Shown here piece after piece: positions 49,770 to 64,000 of a DNA stretch of 64,000 nt. Position 1 is the first letter of the stretch; every line of letters begins with the position of its first letter. Location of the stretch: NCBI RefSeq assembly GCF_009914755.1, contig NC_060931.1; one strand, 5' to 3'. The translations under genes and the position numbers were made by a program. The notes under the pieces were generated by a model, which saw only the letters and a program-made list of their open reading frames with translations, was not told the origin of the DNA and did not search any database. This DNA comes from the human T2T-CHM13v2.0 reference genome, Homo sapiens.

Positions 49770-50375
49770 TACTTATCACTATTGCTATATTATTAACTAC
49801 CATAAACTTGGCAGTTACACACACACACACACACACACACACACCACACACAAACACACCACATACAAACACCTTTATTATCTTAGAATTTTGATAGGTA
49901 AGGAATTTGGGCTCAACTTAGCTGGGTTTTCTGTTTTTAGTGTTTTCCACAAAACTGCATTCAAAGTGTTGGCCAAGGCTGAGGTGTCTTCTGAAAGGTG
50001 GACAGGGGAAGAATCAATTTCCAAGGTAACATGGATAGTAGCAGAATTCAATTCTTTGCTGGTTGTCAGATTGAGGACTTTCTGTTTTTGCTGGCTCTAA
50101 CCTGAAAGCTGCTGTCAGTTATTTACCCAGTGTGCCTCTCCACAGAGCCCCTTACACAATGACAGCTTGTTTCATCAAAAACAGAAAGGAGAGAGTTTGC
50201 TAGCAAGATGGGGGTCAGAATCCTGTATAATCCATTCTTGACAATAATATCAGATAATCTTTGCCATATTATATCAGTTAGAGGCAAGTCACAGATCCAG
50301 CCCACACTAAATGGGAGCGGATTGAACAAGTGTGTGAATACCAAGAGGTGGAGTTTGTTGAAGACCAACTACCAC
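49770..50375 (-). mobile_element. MLT1E/F-like LTR with (CA)n
   Basis: gcattcaaagtgttggccaaggctg; gaggcaagtcacag...gaataccaagagg. Confidence 0.65.
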
Positions 50376-51979
50376 GTATCTCTAATAATAATCTTCTATA
50401 TTGAATGACTTATTTTTTTCTCACAGTGGGATGAATAGAGGAGGGTAGAGAAAGACCCTATAGGAACATAAAGACAAGCTACAAAATACAATTTCATTGC
50501 TTCCAAGTAGTCAGTGAGTGTTGCTTTCCCTTTAATCTCACATATTTGCAGAAATGAAAGCTATTCTCCCAGGAAAATCATATTTCTTGCTAACTTGACT
50601 TTTGGTTTACCTCGTAATTTATTTTCTACTTTATTATTGATAAACTGTTTTATTCTTCCCTTTACTACAAGAAATTTTAGTCCCAGATCAAAAACCTACC
50701 AGTTACTTGGGAAATTACTTTTGACTCACAGTTCACATTGCTGATTTCATTGATAATTACAACAACACCAGCTATAAGGATAACTCTCAAAAAGTAATTA
50801 TCCAGAAAGTGTTCATTATGTCAAAATGCCTCAGATAAGAAACATATTTTGTGTTATATTGGAATGACCACCAAACAGCAAGGGATATGAGTCCAGTAGT
50901 ACAATGTTTAATGTGCTATGGGTTAAAAGAAGTAAAGGTTTTAATACTTGACTACATTTAAAATCTCAAATTGTTAACAGAAATTTTACTATAGGATACT
51001 TTGCTGTGAAGCTAATGAAGGTTAAGCTTCAGGGCCCTTCACTTGGACAGGCCTCTTCTGATGCTTTTATGCTCTACTCCAGGGACTTCGGGGAAGCGAG
51101 GGGAGCAAAAACCAGAGCTACAGAGCACGGCCCCACACTAGGTGTCACTTGCTGTACCCTAGTGGTGATTTCCATATCTAACCTGTCCCTAATAAACATT
51201 TGCCCCATAGGTCCTCAAGGTACATCGTTGGGATCAAGCAACTTTGATCCCAAGGAGAAGAATAAAAACAAGAGGGACGACTGGGCCAAGGTGCCATGTG
51301 AAGTGACCTGTGAGGATCAACCCAGTGAAGGTAAGGATGGAATTGGCATGGAGAATAAAGCAGGAGGGAATGGCCCATAGCCTTTGTAAGAGCCATTGGG
51401 AACCATGTCTACTTAATCAAAAGTATGGAAGCCTTCAAGAGTTTTTCTTAGGGCAAGAATCATTGCCTAAACAAGCCACTGCACAGGAATTTATAGATGT
51501 GTCATTACCAGGAAAGAGTTGTGGAGCTAAAAGAAAGTTTTCTAAACTATTAACCACTTTTTTTTTTCAATCGACCATGCTAGATTGAATTAACTTTCTA
51601 GTGTCCCCACAGAAAATATTTTAAAATTGCTACATATGAAGAAACAAAGGCTGTGAAGCCAAAATATGTAGAGATGTCAGGCAGCTAACTAATACTATTA
51701 ATACATTATTTTTCTGAATGTTGTAATGTTTGTGATATTGCCACTTTATTTGCTTTTGCTTTTTAATTTGTTGGAATTCATTTTCTCAAACAAAATAAAT
51801 GTTTTACTTTCATGCTTTTTTCTTTTTATAAATTTGTAATAATTTTTCCTCAAAGAGAACTTCCAAAACAGTGTAAGTGATCTGCCCTGAACACTATAAA
51901 GTCCTTCATCACTGTCTCTTTCTGCGTTGTATATGTAACTATGTATCTGAGCCAATTATTCCTAGTAAAAATCATTTTG

Positions 51980-52293
<314 letters not shown>

Positions 52294-53336
52294 TCATTTT
52301 GAAGTTTTGCTTCTTTCTCTCCTCCAATAGAAGTATCCTTCTGCCTGCAGTTTCTGAAAGAATATGCCTGCATGCAGCATCTCTTCCTTACTGGAGCAGA
52401 TATCTCATGACTAGATTAGGTTTATTAATTTACAGAGATTTTTCAGGATAATGCCTAGTCATGAGGCTCATTTTTTAAACCCACAAACAATGAAGGAAAA
52501 ATTGGCTTGTCATCCTAGTTCAGGAAAAATTAAGAGGTTTTTTTCTTGCCTACCAGGGATTTAGAGAAAATCTCTATAATCCCACTGGCATGAATTGCAA
52601 ATGTAATCACCAATATGAAAAAGGTTAAAAAGCTCTGAAGTGTTGGGCTATGCTGCTTTGGCAAACAAAGGCCTCATTGTTCACAGAGCAGAACTCAGCT
52701 TCTGGGTTTCTGTATAATGGTGGTGAGCAGAAACACATTCTTAAACCCTGGGTCAGCAAAGCATCAAACAATAAAATAAAGAATATGATAGATGTTGCCT
52801 TCAGAAAAGAGAAAAGAGTAAAATCTCCCTTCACAATGCCACTTCATATCTTGCCTCACTTGATCCCAGTAGTCACTTCTAGCCAGGTTCACAAAGGTTT
52901 AATTGATGTCTGGGATGTGTATAGAACATAAGGTCTCCCTTAGTAAAATATGCTATTATGCTTAAGAGAAACACCTTCATAATTCATTAGGAACTTCTGG
53001 GAATGGAAGCCATTAAGTTAGTCACAAAAGAAAACTCATTCAGTCAAATGAGTTTGTTTTCACTGTGCTTTTTTCTCCTTCCAAAACCAAAGACTGAAAT
53101 TTCTAGAATGCCTGAAAATAAAAATGTGCAACAGACAAAAGTGTGCATCTAGGATTAGGTTTAAAAACCTGAGCAAAATGAAATAAACACTGCTGTCTTC
53201 AGTTTATCAGTTTAATTCTGATTTCACTCTGATTTGAAAGGGATGGGTGACATCTTAAAAACCAAGTCCAGTTTCTCCAGCCCAGGGAATTACTTGGATT
53301 AGGCCTTGGCTATAATGGGTCTTTGAGTAAATGCTG

Positions 53337-53572
<236 letters not shown>

Positions 53573-55592
53573 TGTTTTCTAAATAAACTACTTATAAGGC
53601 TCACTCGAATGTTTCTAAAGGGTGGTAGATATTTTAAATGCTTGTTCTTAACACAAATCTCAAGACAATTAGGCATATCTTTCTTAGATTTAACATTTTA
53701 CTTTCATATTTTACTTTTACTTGAATTACTGTTGATAGTTTTCTCATATAAGAGCCAAAAGGAGAAAACTTTGAGAAAGTCAAGGTTTAGACAGTGGCTA
53801 GTAAAAGTCAGTTTATGGGGTGTTTTAACTACACCTTGAAGGTTCATGTGACTATTACCCACATCTCAGGGATGATACAATAAATAAAGGCTAGACTCGG
53901 GCAGTGACTCACTGAGCTCAGCAACACGCTGGGGACGTGCATGCTGGGAGTTACAGTTTAGGAATGGTCAAGTCACTTAGCTGCTCAATGACTGTTACCA
54001 CCACTGTAAAATGAGGTTAATATTGCTAAGAACTGGGAGGTAAACATTACATGTGATTGCAAAGTTCCTTGAAAACGTAAAGATAATATGTAAATGCTGA
54101 AAGGCACAGGTCATACATCAATGAGTGCATATAATTTGTGCATAGAAGAGAGAGATGTTTTACCCAAAACAGATGATCAAAAGTGATTGAGCTTACTTAG
54201 CTGGGCTTCAGCCATTAAAAACAATTTGAAAGATGAAAAGAATGAGGAGTTGAGAAGGAGAGGGAGCAAGAGAAAGAGGAGACTTGGGCAGTGGTTGGGG
54301 ATTAAGGGATTACCAAACATGTTGAATATGCTAGTAAAAGTCAAATCGATTGACCCTTTTTTCACTTTCTTACTACACTTAAGTTTATTCTCCATGATAA
54401 AGGCCTTTAAATTTTCTCATCTCCAAAAGCGTTTCTTCTAGAAAGACTACTGTTATTAATTCACCCCTCTGTGAGAATCCATTTTTAAAATCTCTTAAGT
54501 AGTTCTAATTTCAAAATGTGATCCGGTGCTTTGTCATTATGCTTAGGTAAAAAAAGTGAATATTAAGTTTAGTATAAGAAGAAAAAATAAGAACACAAGT
54601 GTTTGTGTTTTTACTTTCATGTAAAAAATAAGAAACCAAGTGAAATGCTAACTTGCAAGGGATAGGTGGGAGCTAGAAGAAGGAAATGAGAACATGAGCA
54701 AGGCGTTTTTGAGTATTTTTAAAATATGCTTTGGTCTTTTGAAACATCATTTATTAATAAATGAATCAAATCAAAAATATATGAAAACAAAACTTATATT
54801 CAACCCAAATAGAAACAAATTTTTTGCCATATTGATAAAATAATCATCTGATAATAAGATTCAATTAAAGTAACTTTTGAACATTGTATTCTTTTTTTAT
54901 ATGAGAGACAGAGAGAAAGAGAGAGAAAACAACTACAAATAAATCTTCAAGGCTTTTTTTGTTTTTAATAATAAAATGGGTGTCAGAATTTTAGTAGTAT
55001 TGTTAGATATATTGATACTGATGGTTACCAGAGTTTCAACCTGCAGAGAAGAAAGACAGATGTGTAATGAAGAAAGTGAAGAACACTATGATATTGTTAT
55101 TGATGTGGAAGTATCAATATGAAATCATTATATAACTGTCCATGTCATCCATTATCCACCTATGTATGCATGTATATATGCACGTATCTATTTCTTCATA
55201 TTCTCCATTGAAAGAGATCAGAAGCAATGACACTCTATGAGTAATGAGCATACCTAACACACAAATATTTTTTTCTCAATGGCAGTCTCCAGTGAAAGGA
55301 ACCAGGGCATCTTGAGCAATGACATATTCAAAATCTGAGTCCTGGAAAGTATAATATGAGCCTGGAACATCTTGTTGTTTCACAAAACAAAGAAGTGCTC
55401 AAATATCAGTGAAGCTAGTTTAAAATGATACCAGAACTAGCTTTAAAGGGCTTACTATGGCCAAACAAGCATTAAAAAAGTAACTACGTGAATGGATTTG
55501 AACACCATTGAAATACAGATGTGTAAGTGTGTGTGTGTGTGTGTGTGTGTCCAAAGTTTAGGAAAATGATAGGCTTTAAGAACAGTTATGTA

Positions 55593-55998
<406 letters not shown>

Positions 55999-56242
55999 TT
56001 AGAAATTCTGTGCCTCTGGTCATTTTTTGGAATACATTGATAATAGTGTCTCCTAAACTACGAGTGACATCATCACCCCTTTCAGAATTATTAAAAAGAA
56101 GATTTGGGAAACCAAAAGAATGAATCTGTAATGGTGAACTATATAAAATTATGCTTTTTAGTTTTCACCTGCACCTTTTAAATGATGCTAATATAGTAAG
56201 ACTTTACTCAGTCTGCACAGCTGATTTATAAGGCTCTCTTAT

Positions 56243-57671
<1,429 letters not shown>

Positions 57672-59849
57672 TAAGTATAGCCCACGTGCCACCATTTCTT
57701 GAAAAAAAAATTTTTAACGTCCAGTTTCTTCTTAGTTCAGATGAAGGTTAATTCCATGGACTGTACACGTGACTGTAGATTTACTCTACTTTTTTTCATT
57801 GTTTTTACATATATTTTTTCACAGACTTGCTTTACAGAATCAAACTTATCTTTCTGTATTGCGAATAAACTTGATAATTTTGAAATGTGTGTTATAGCAT
57901 GGCTAGTATCCTTAGATTCCCAGGAACTTTCTTTCTACTGTGTTTGGAAGATCCTTTTCTTCGTACACTCAGAAAGGGATCTGTTGTAGATCTTAGATGA
58001 GTAATGGTCAGTTTGGGTAGGAATAGTATAAATCCAAGTTAGTGCTTGTTTTTTTACTATTTATTTTTACTACAGTTTCTCACCAAAACTACCTAATGAA
58101 AGAAGGGTAATTTATTCGGTTTAAATGGGTATCAGTGAATAATGAGGGTATCTGATCCATGATCTGCAGTGCTAATAATGCAAAACACATAGACATGAGG
58201 TCATAGGTAAGTTTAGGAACTTACCTATGGTACTAATATATTTATATCACTTGCAGACAATAATTTTTAGTGATTGCCAAAGTGAATGACATTAGTCCAC
58301 TAAGTGGCCTTGTTGCAGGTTTATTTAAAACAAAAAGACAGTTTTATTTTATTGTAAGCATGAAAACTTTAAATGCAGCATTAATGGGTAAACTCCTTTT
58401 GCTCAAATTTGACAACACTAACATAAATATGGTAATGCATTTGAAATGCTTAGCATAGCTTTTCACTTCTAGAGAATATTTAATATATACTAGCTGTCAT
58501 TTATATGCAGCTCATAGTTATTTGTGTACTATTGTTTGCCTTTCTCTTCCACTATAATTTTCATCAGGGTGGATTTTTTCCCATGATTTTACACTCACCA
58601 CCTAGCATGGTTCCTGGAGTACCACAAGAGTTCAATAAAATATTTGTTGATTAATCAAAACCATTCTCCCCACCAGAATTCATATTTACTAAGTGCTTAT
58701 TTTATATAAATTCTGTATTCAAACTAATACACAAAGCAATTTCTTATAAGGTTTTTACTATGAGACATAATTTGCATTACATTGTCCATAATATAAGGAA
58801 TAATAGCACTGATTTTGTAGCTGCATTATCTTAATAGTGAACTCAGTCATGTAATATAGATATTAATATTTCCATTTTATAGATGAGAAAACTGAGGTTG
58901 GTCAGATTAATTGTAAGAGTTCTGTCCTTGCCATGATATCTGAAATTCAAACAATATATTTCCTGCATCTCTTTTATTAGATGTATCTGTGAAGCACTTT
59001 GACAATTATTAAAAGAAAATGAAATTCTAGCTCTTACACCAATGAGTATGTTCATAGTTTTAAAAAGCCTCCTATGGGATACAACTACATTATGAAAAGA
59101 GACCTTTACTGTGTGAACAGATTGGAAAGGAGTCTGGAGATGCTATTTGAAAGGGCAAAGATCTCAGAAATAGGGCTGTTTGTGTTTGACAAGCTGCTTC
59201 CATTTGGTTAAATAAGAAATAGAAGACATCACAGATAAATGTCACATAGGCAAAATGTTTTAGAGATACTGTAATCACTGGCTTATGGGAGATTTGTGAT
59301 ACAGCCTTGGAATGTGTACTTACTGAATCATGTGCCAAAATGGATGTGGAAAACTAATTATGTTTAGATGAAATGGAAAAGCAAAATGGATACCTGAAAA
59401 TTTTGCAGGATTAAGCAAAATTGAGCATGATAACAAAGAAACAGACACAGAGACTTAGATATTACTTTGGAGTTTTAAATGTCATTTCTGTTCACTTCAA
59501 CGGAGGCAAGGCATTGACAATCAAACATGTCAACATATGGCACTTAACAAATTGACAATGGGGTTGAGTACCAGTGTACCGCACCTGCATCAGCTCTCCA
59601 GATTTTCTGTAAATCTGCTGTTCTTTGTCAATGATAGAAACTACCTTACAGAGTGTTAACACAGTGTGCCCCAATTAAGAAAATGTAGAAATTATATCTT
59701 CATTATAAAAATTCAAGGATCCTAAAATTTTGTTCCAGGTTTGTTGTTAATATTGCACGTTATTTACAAATAATTGTTTCAGTTGATCTGCTTCATTAAT
59801 AAAATTTGTTTTGCATAGCAAGCTGCAAATAAGACTGTAGACAACTTGT

Positions 59850-60400
59850 ATACCAACTTTTTAAACATAATTTTTAGAATATATATATCTATATATTTTA
59901 AATACTACATATATTATGTATACCTATATTAGGTATATAAATACTTTTATTAATTTTAAAAATTTTGTGATACTTATTAGTCTTCAGTATATGTGTATAT
60001 ATTTTGTCCTTATAAAACATTTTTTGCAAAATACTTGCATACATACCCCATATGTCTAGAGTTGCTTTTCCTTAGCATGTAGGAAAAAGCTGTTTTGGCT
60101 AGGCCAAATTCACCACCACTGTAGGCAAATTCTGTACAATCTATGTCTATAGTATGTGTAAATTATCTCAGATATCATAATAAAATTGTCAGGATGTAAT
60201 CTGGGATAGTAATCTTGGATACTTTTTTGAAGCATTTTTAAATATTTGCTCTGTAACTAACATTGATTGGTATAACTAATACTCTTATTTTTTAACTAGA
60301 ATGATGTCATAATATTATCATATTGTTTATCTGATACTAACAATTATAATAACAATTTGCTTTGGATATAAATTTATATGTTGAAATTGACTTCCTTCAG
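59850..60400 (-). mobile_element. Ancient L1M fragment at the retrocopy insertion flank
   Basis: Degenerate L1M-like motifs in AT-rich DNA. Confidence 0.4.
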
Positions 60401-60455
60401 TTATTGAAGGCCAAAAATACATACTGAACTATAAGGAATATAGAAAATATTATTG

Positions 60456-60990
60456 GACGAGGCGGGTCCGGGGAGGGGGCTGGCCCGGGGCTGCCCCAGC
60501 TTGGCCGGGCGAGGAGCGGGGCGCATGGCGCCGGGCGCACTGCGCGGGGACTGCGAACAAAGGGCCCCCGGCGGCGGCGCGAGGACGGCCGCGCTCGGAC
60601 CCTGGCCCTGGCCCAGCCCTGGCCCGGCCCCCTCCCCAGGCGCGGCGCCCCCCAGGAGCCGAAAAATGAGCGGCGCCCTGCTCTGGCCGTTGCTCCCGCT
60701 CCTGCTCCTGCTGCTGTCGGCGCGGGACGGCTTGCGCGCCGCACAGCCTCAGGCCCCGGGTTACTTGATTGCAGCTCCCTCTGTTTTTCGCGCGGGCGTG
60801 GAGGAAGTCATCAGCGTGACCATCTTTAACTCTCCAAGGGAAGTCACGGTCCAGGCTCAGCTGGTGGCCCAGGATAAAGGGACAATCAAACTCAAGGTGC
60901 CCACGGGCCTCCGGGGCCAGGCGCTTCTGAAAGTGTGGGGCCGCGGCTGGCAGGCGGAGGAGGGGCTCCTCTTTCACAACCAGACCTCGG
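60456..60990. promoter_or_regulatory. CpG-island-like segment imported with the retrocopy
   Basis: Very high GC, dense intact CpGs and GC-box-like motifs next to very AT-rich flank; activity not shown. Confidence 0.55.
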
Positions 60991-61466
60991 TGACCGTGGA
61001 CGGCCGGGGCGCTTCTGTATTCATCCAGACGGACAAGCCTGTGTACAGACCCCAGCACCGAGTGCTCATAAGCATCTTCACCGTCTCTCCAAATCTGAGG
61101 CCTGTCAACGAGAAGCTGGAAGCCAACATCCTGGACCCCCGAGGCTCTCGGATGATAGAGTGGAGACACTTGAAGCCGTTCTGCTGCGGCATCACCAACA
61201 TGAGCTTCCCCTTGTCCGACCAGCCTGTGTTGGGAGAATGGTTCATTTTTGTTGAAATGCAAGGCCACGCGTACAACAAGTCTTTTGAAGTTCAGAAGTA
61301 TGTGTTGCCCAAGTTCGAGCTTCTGATTGACCCGCCCCGGTATATCCAAGACCTGGACGCCTGTGAGACAGGCACTGTGCGGGCCAGGTATACCTTTGGG
61401 AAACCTGTGGCTGGTGCCTTAACGATCAACATGACTGTTAATGGTGTAGGGTACTACAGCCACTAG
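60525..61466 (+). CDS. Residual 5' ORF of the retrocopy (ATG 60525; signal-peptide ATG 60666 gives 266 aa) ending at premature TAG; translation unproven
   Basis: Open frame with hydrophobic signal peptide and A2M-family N-terminal motifs ([15 protein letters not shown]); ends ...GYYSH*. Confidence 0.4.
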   Translation: MAPGALRGDCEQRAPGGGARTAALGPWPWPSPGPAPSPGAAPPRSRKMSGALLWPLLPLLLLLLSARDGLRAAQPQAPGYLIAAPSVFRAGVEEVISVTIFNSPREVTVQAQLVAQDKGTIKLKVPTGLRGQALLKVWGRGWQAEEGLLFHNQTSVTVDGRGASVFIQTDKPVYRPQHRVLISIFTVSPNLRPVNEKLEANILDPRGSRMIEWRHLKPFCCGITNMSFPLSDQPVLGEWFIFVEMQGHAYNKSFEVQKYVLPKFELLIDPPRYIQDLDACETGTVRARYTFGKPVAGALTINMTVNGVGYYSH

Positions 61467-62699
61467 GTGGGACGCCCCGTCCTCAGAACATCCAAGATCC
61501 TCGGCTCCCGGGACTTCGACATCTGCGTGAGGGACATGATCCCAGCGGACGTCCCTGAGCACTTCCGGGGCAGGGTCAGCATCTGGGCCATGGTGACCAG
61601 TGTGGACGGGAGCCAGCAGGTCGCGTTCGATGACTCCACCCCCGTGCAGAGGCAGCTGGTGGACATCCGGTACTCCAAGGACACGAGGAAGCAGTTCAAG
61701 CCGGGCCTGGCCTACGTGGGGAAGGTGGAGCTATCCTACCCCGATGGCAGCCCAGCTGAGTGGGTGACGGTCCAGATTAAGGCAGAGCTGACACCAAAGG
61801 ATAACATCTACACCAGTGAAGTTGTGTCCCAGGGTGGACTAGTGGGGTTTGAAATCCCTTCCATCCCCACGTCAGCCCAGCACGTGTGGCTGGAGACCAA
61901 GGTGATGGCACTGAACGGGAAGCCCGTGGGGGCTCAGTACCTGCCCAGCTACCTCTCCCTTGGCAGCTGGTACTCCCCCAGCCAGTGCTACCTGCAGCTG
62001 CAGCCACTCTCCCACCCACTGCAGGTTGGGGAAGAAGCCTATTTTTCTGATAAGTACACATGTCCCTGCAACTTTACCCTGTACTACGAGGTGGCTGCAC
62101 GGGGCAATATTGTGCTATCAGGCCAGCAGCCTGCCCACATCACCCAGCAGCGAAGCAAGCGGGCGGCCCCTGCCCTGGAGAAACCGATTCGTTTAACACA
62201 CCTTTCTGAGACAGAGCCCCCACCAGCCCCAGAAGCTGAGGTCGACGTGTGTGTGACCTCTCTTCGTCTGGCCGTGACCCCAAGCATGGTCCCCCTTGGT
62301 CGCCTGCTGGTCTTCTATGTCAGGGAGAATGGAGAAGGGGTCGCCGACAGCCTTCAGTTTGCAGTCGAGACCTTCTTCGAAAACCAGGTTTCAGTGACGT
62401 ATTCAGCAAATGAGACCCAACCTGGGGAGGTTGTCGACCTGCGGATCAGGGCTGCAAGGGGCAGCTGTGTGTGCGTCGCCGCAGTTGATAAGAGTGTCTA
62501 CCTGCTCAGGTCTGGGTTCCGGCTGACTCCTGCCCAGGTTTTCCAGGAACTGGAAGATTATGATGTTTCTGATTCCTTTGGAGTGTCCAGGGAGGATGGT
62601 CCTTTTTGGTGGGCTGGGCTGACGGCACAACGACGCCGGCGCTCCTCCGTCTTCCTGTGGCCTTGGGGCATCACCAAAGACTCTGGGTTTGCCTTCACC
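61467..62699 (+). pseudogene. CPAMD8: In-frame continuation of CPAMD8 coding sequence after the stop, including the RRRR furin site (62631-62642)
   Basis: VGRPVLR...[11 protein letters not shown]...[11 protein letters not shown]...GFAFT in the same frame as the upstream ORF; no frameshift. Confidence 0.9.
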
Positions 62700-62804
62700 G
62701 TAAGGAGAGGTGGTCTCAGATCCCGCTGCCCCCTTCTAAGGTCCTCTTGCCTAGAAATAAGAGTCTTGGAGATTCAGAAATGGGTTGGAAACAGAATTGG
62801 AAGC

Positions 62805-63111
62805 TTTTCTTTCTTTTTTTCGAAATGGGGTCTTGCTCTGTGGCCCAGGCTGGAGTGCAGTGGTGTGATCGTAGCTCACTGCGGCCTCGAACACCTGTGC
62901 TCAAGTGATCCTCCCACCTCAGTCTCCCAAGTAGCTGGAACTGCAGGTGCATGCCACCACACCTGGCTAATTTTATTTTACTTTATTTCTTTGTAGAGAT
63001 GGGGTCTTACTACATGGCCCTGGCTGGTGTCAAACTCCTGGCCTCAAGCAATCCTCCTCCTTCAGCTTCCCAAAGGGTTGGGATTACAGGCATGAGCCAT
63101 TGCACCCAGCC
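62805..63111 (-). mobile_element. AluJ inside the retained intron
   Basis: gctcaagtgatcctcccacc and ggcctcaagcaatcctc AluJ features. Confidence 0.9.
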
Positions 63112-63419
63112 TTCCAAACTTTTCTTTTTCATTTCTCCCCAGTGAAAGCTCACAAGTAGATTCTTCCAATTTGCAAAGCCGTGGAGAGCAGAATGTTATG
63201 CATGTCAATGGTCAGGTTCAAATGGGTAACTTGAACTTGTGATGGGATGTGTTATGACATTGACATGCTTTGCTGCGAGGAAAACCTTCTCATTGGGAGC
63301 TGTGGGTGCCAGTAGCTCTTAGCTCCGCCTCGGCTTTGGTTACCTTGGTTGTGTGTCTGGCAGCTTTCAAGCAGAAGGAGGTGGCTGTGTTCCCAGGTGG
63401 CAGGGGGTCTGAACTGCAT

Positions 63420-63985
<566 letters not shown>

Positions 63986-64000
63986 CTAATGCTATCAGGT

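Noticed and set aside
60450-61349. 299-aa minus-strand ORF
   Set aside because: Antisense shadow of the GC-rich CPAMD8 coding sequence; no independent homology.
60456-62699. Being the real CPAMD8 gene
   Set aside because: Intronless, has a nonsense codon, lacks the alpha chain, and sits in an AT-rich flank.

Overview
Primate genomic DNA, most likely human or another great ape (it carries an AluYb-lineage element). The window is AT-rich, repeat-dense and intergenic/intronic-like: ERV internal sequence, many Alus, L1s (three with 5' inversions), MaLR LTRs and DNA transposon relics. The only gene-derived feature is an intronless, GC/CpG-rich retrocopy of CPAMD8 (C3/alpha-2-macroglobulin family). 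It starts at ~60456 and appears to run off the right edge. It seems to have been copied from a non-canonical mRNA: a 36-nt in-frame loss in the early CDS fits an alternative splice donor, and the copy reads through an unspliced donor (GTAAGG at 62700) into an Alu-rich intron just after the RRRR furin site. It has one premature stop (61464-61466) and no frameshift. Other notable structures are a nested, inverted L1 complex at 20.6-28.9 kb with a locally templated 117-bp inverted insertion, a clean twin-primed L1 at 56.2-57.7 kb, a mosaic AluYb, and two Alus inserted at one target site. Nearly all other listed ORFs are Alu, L1 or LTR shadows. Repeat subfamily names and comparisons with parental CPAMD8 are from memory of consensus sequences, not computed alignments.
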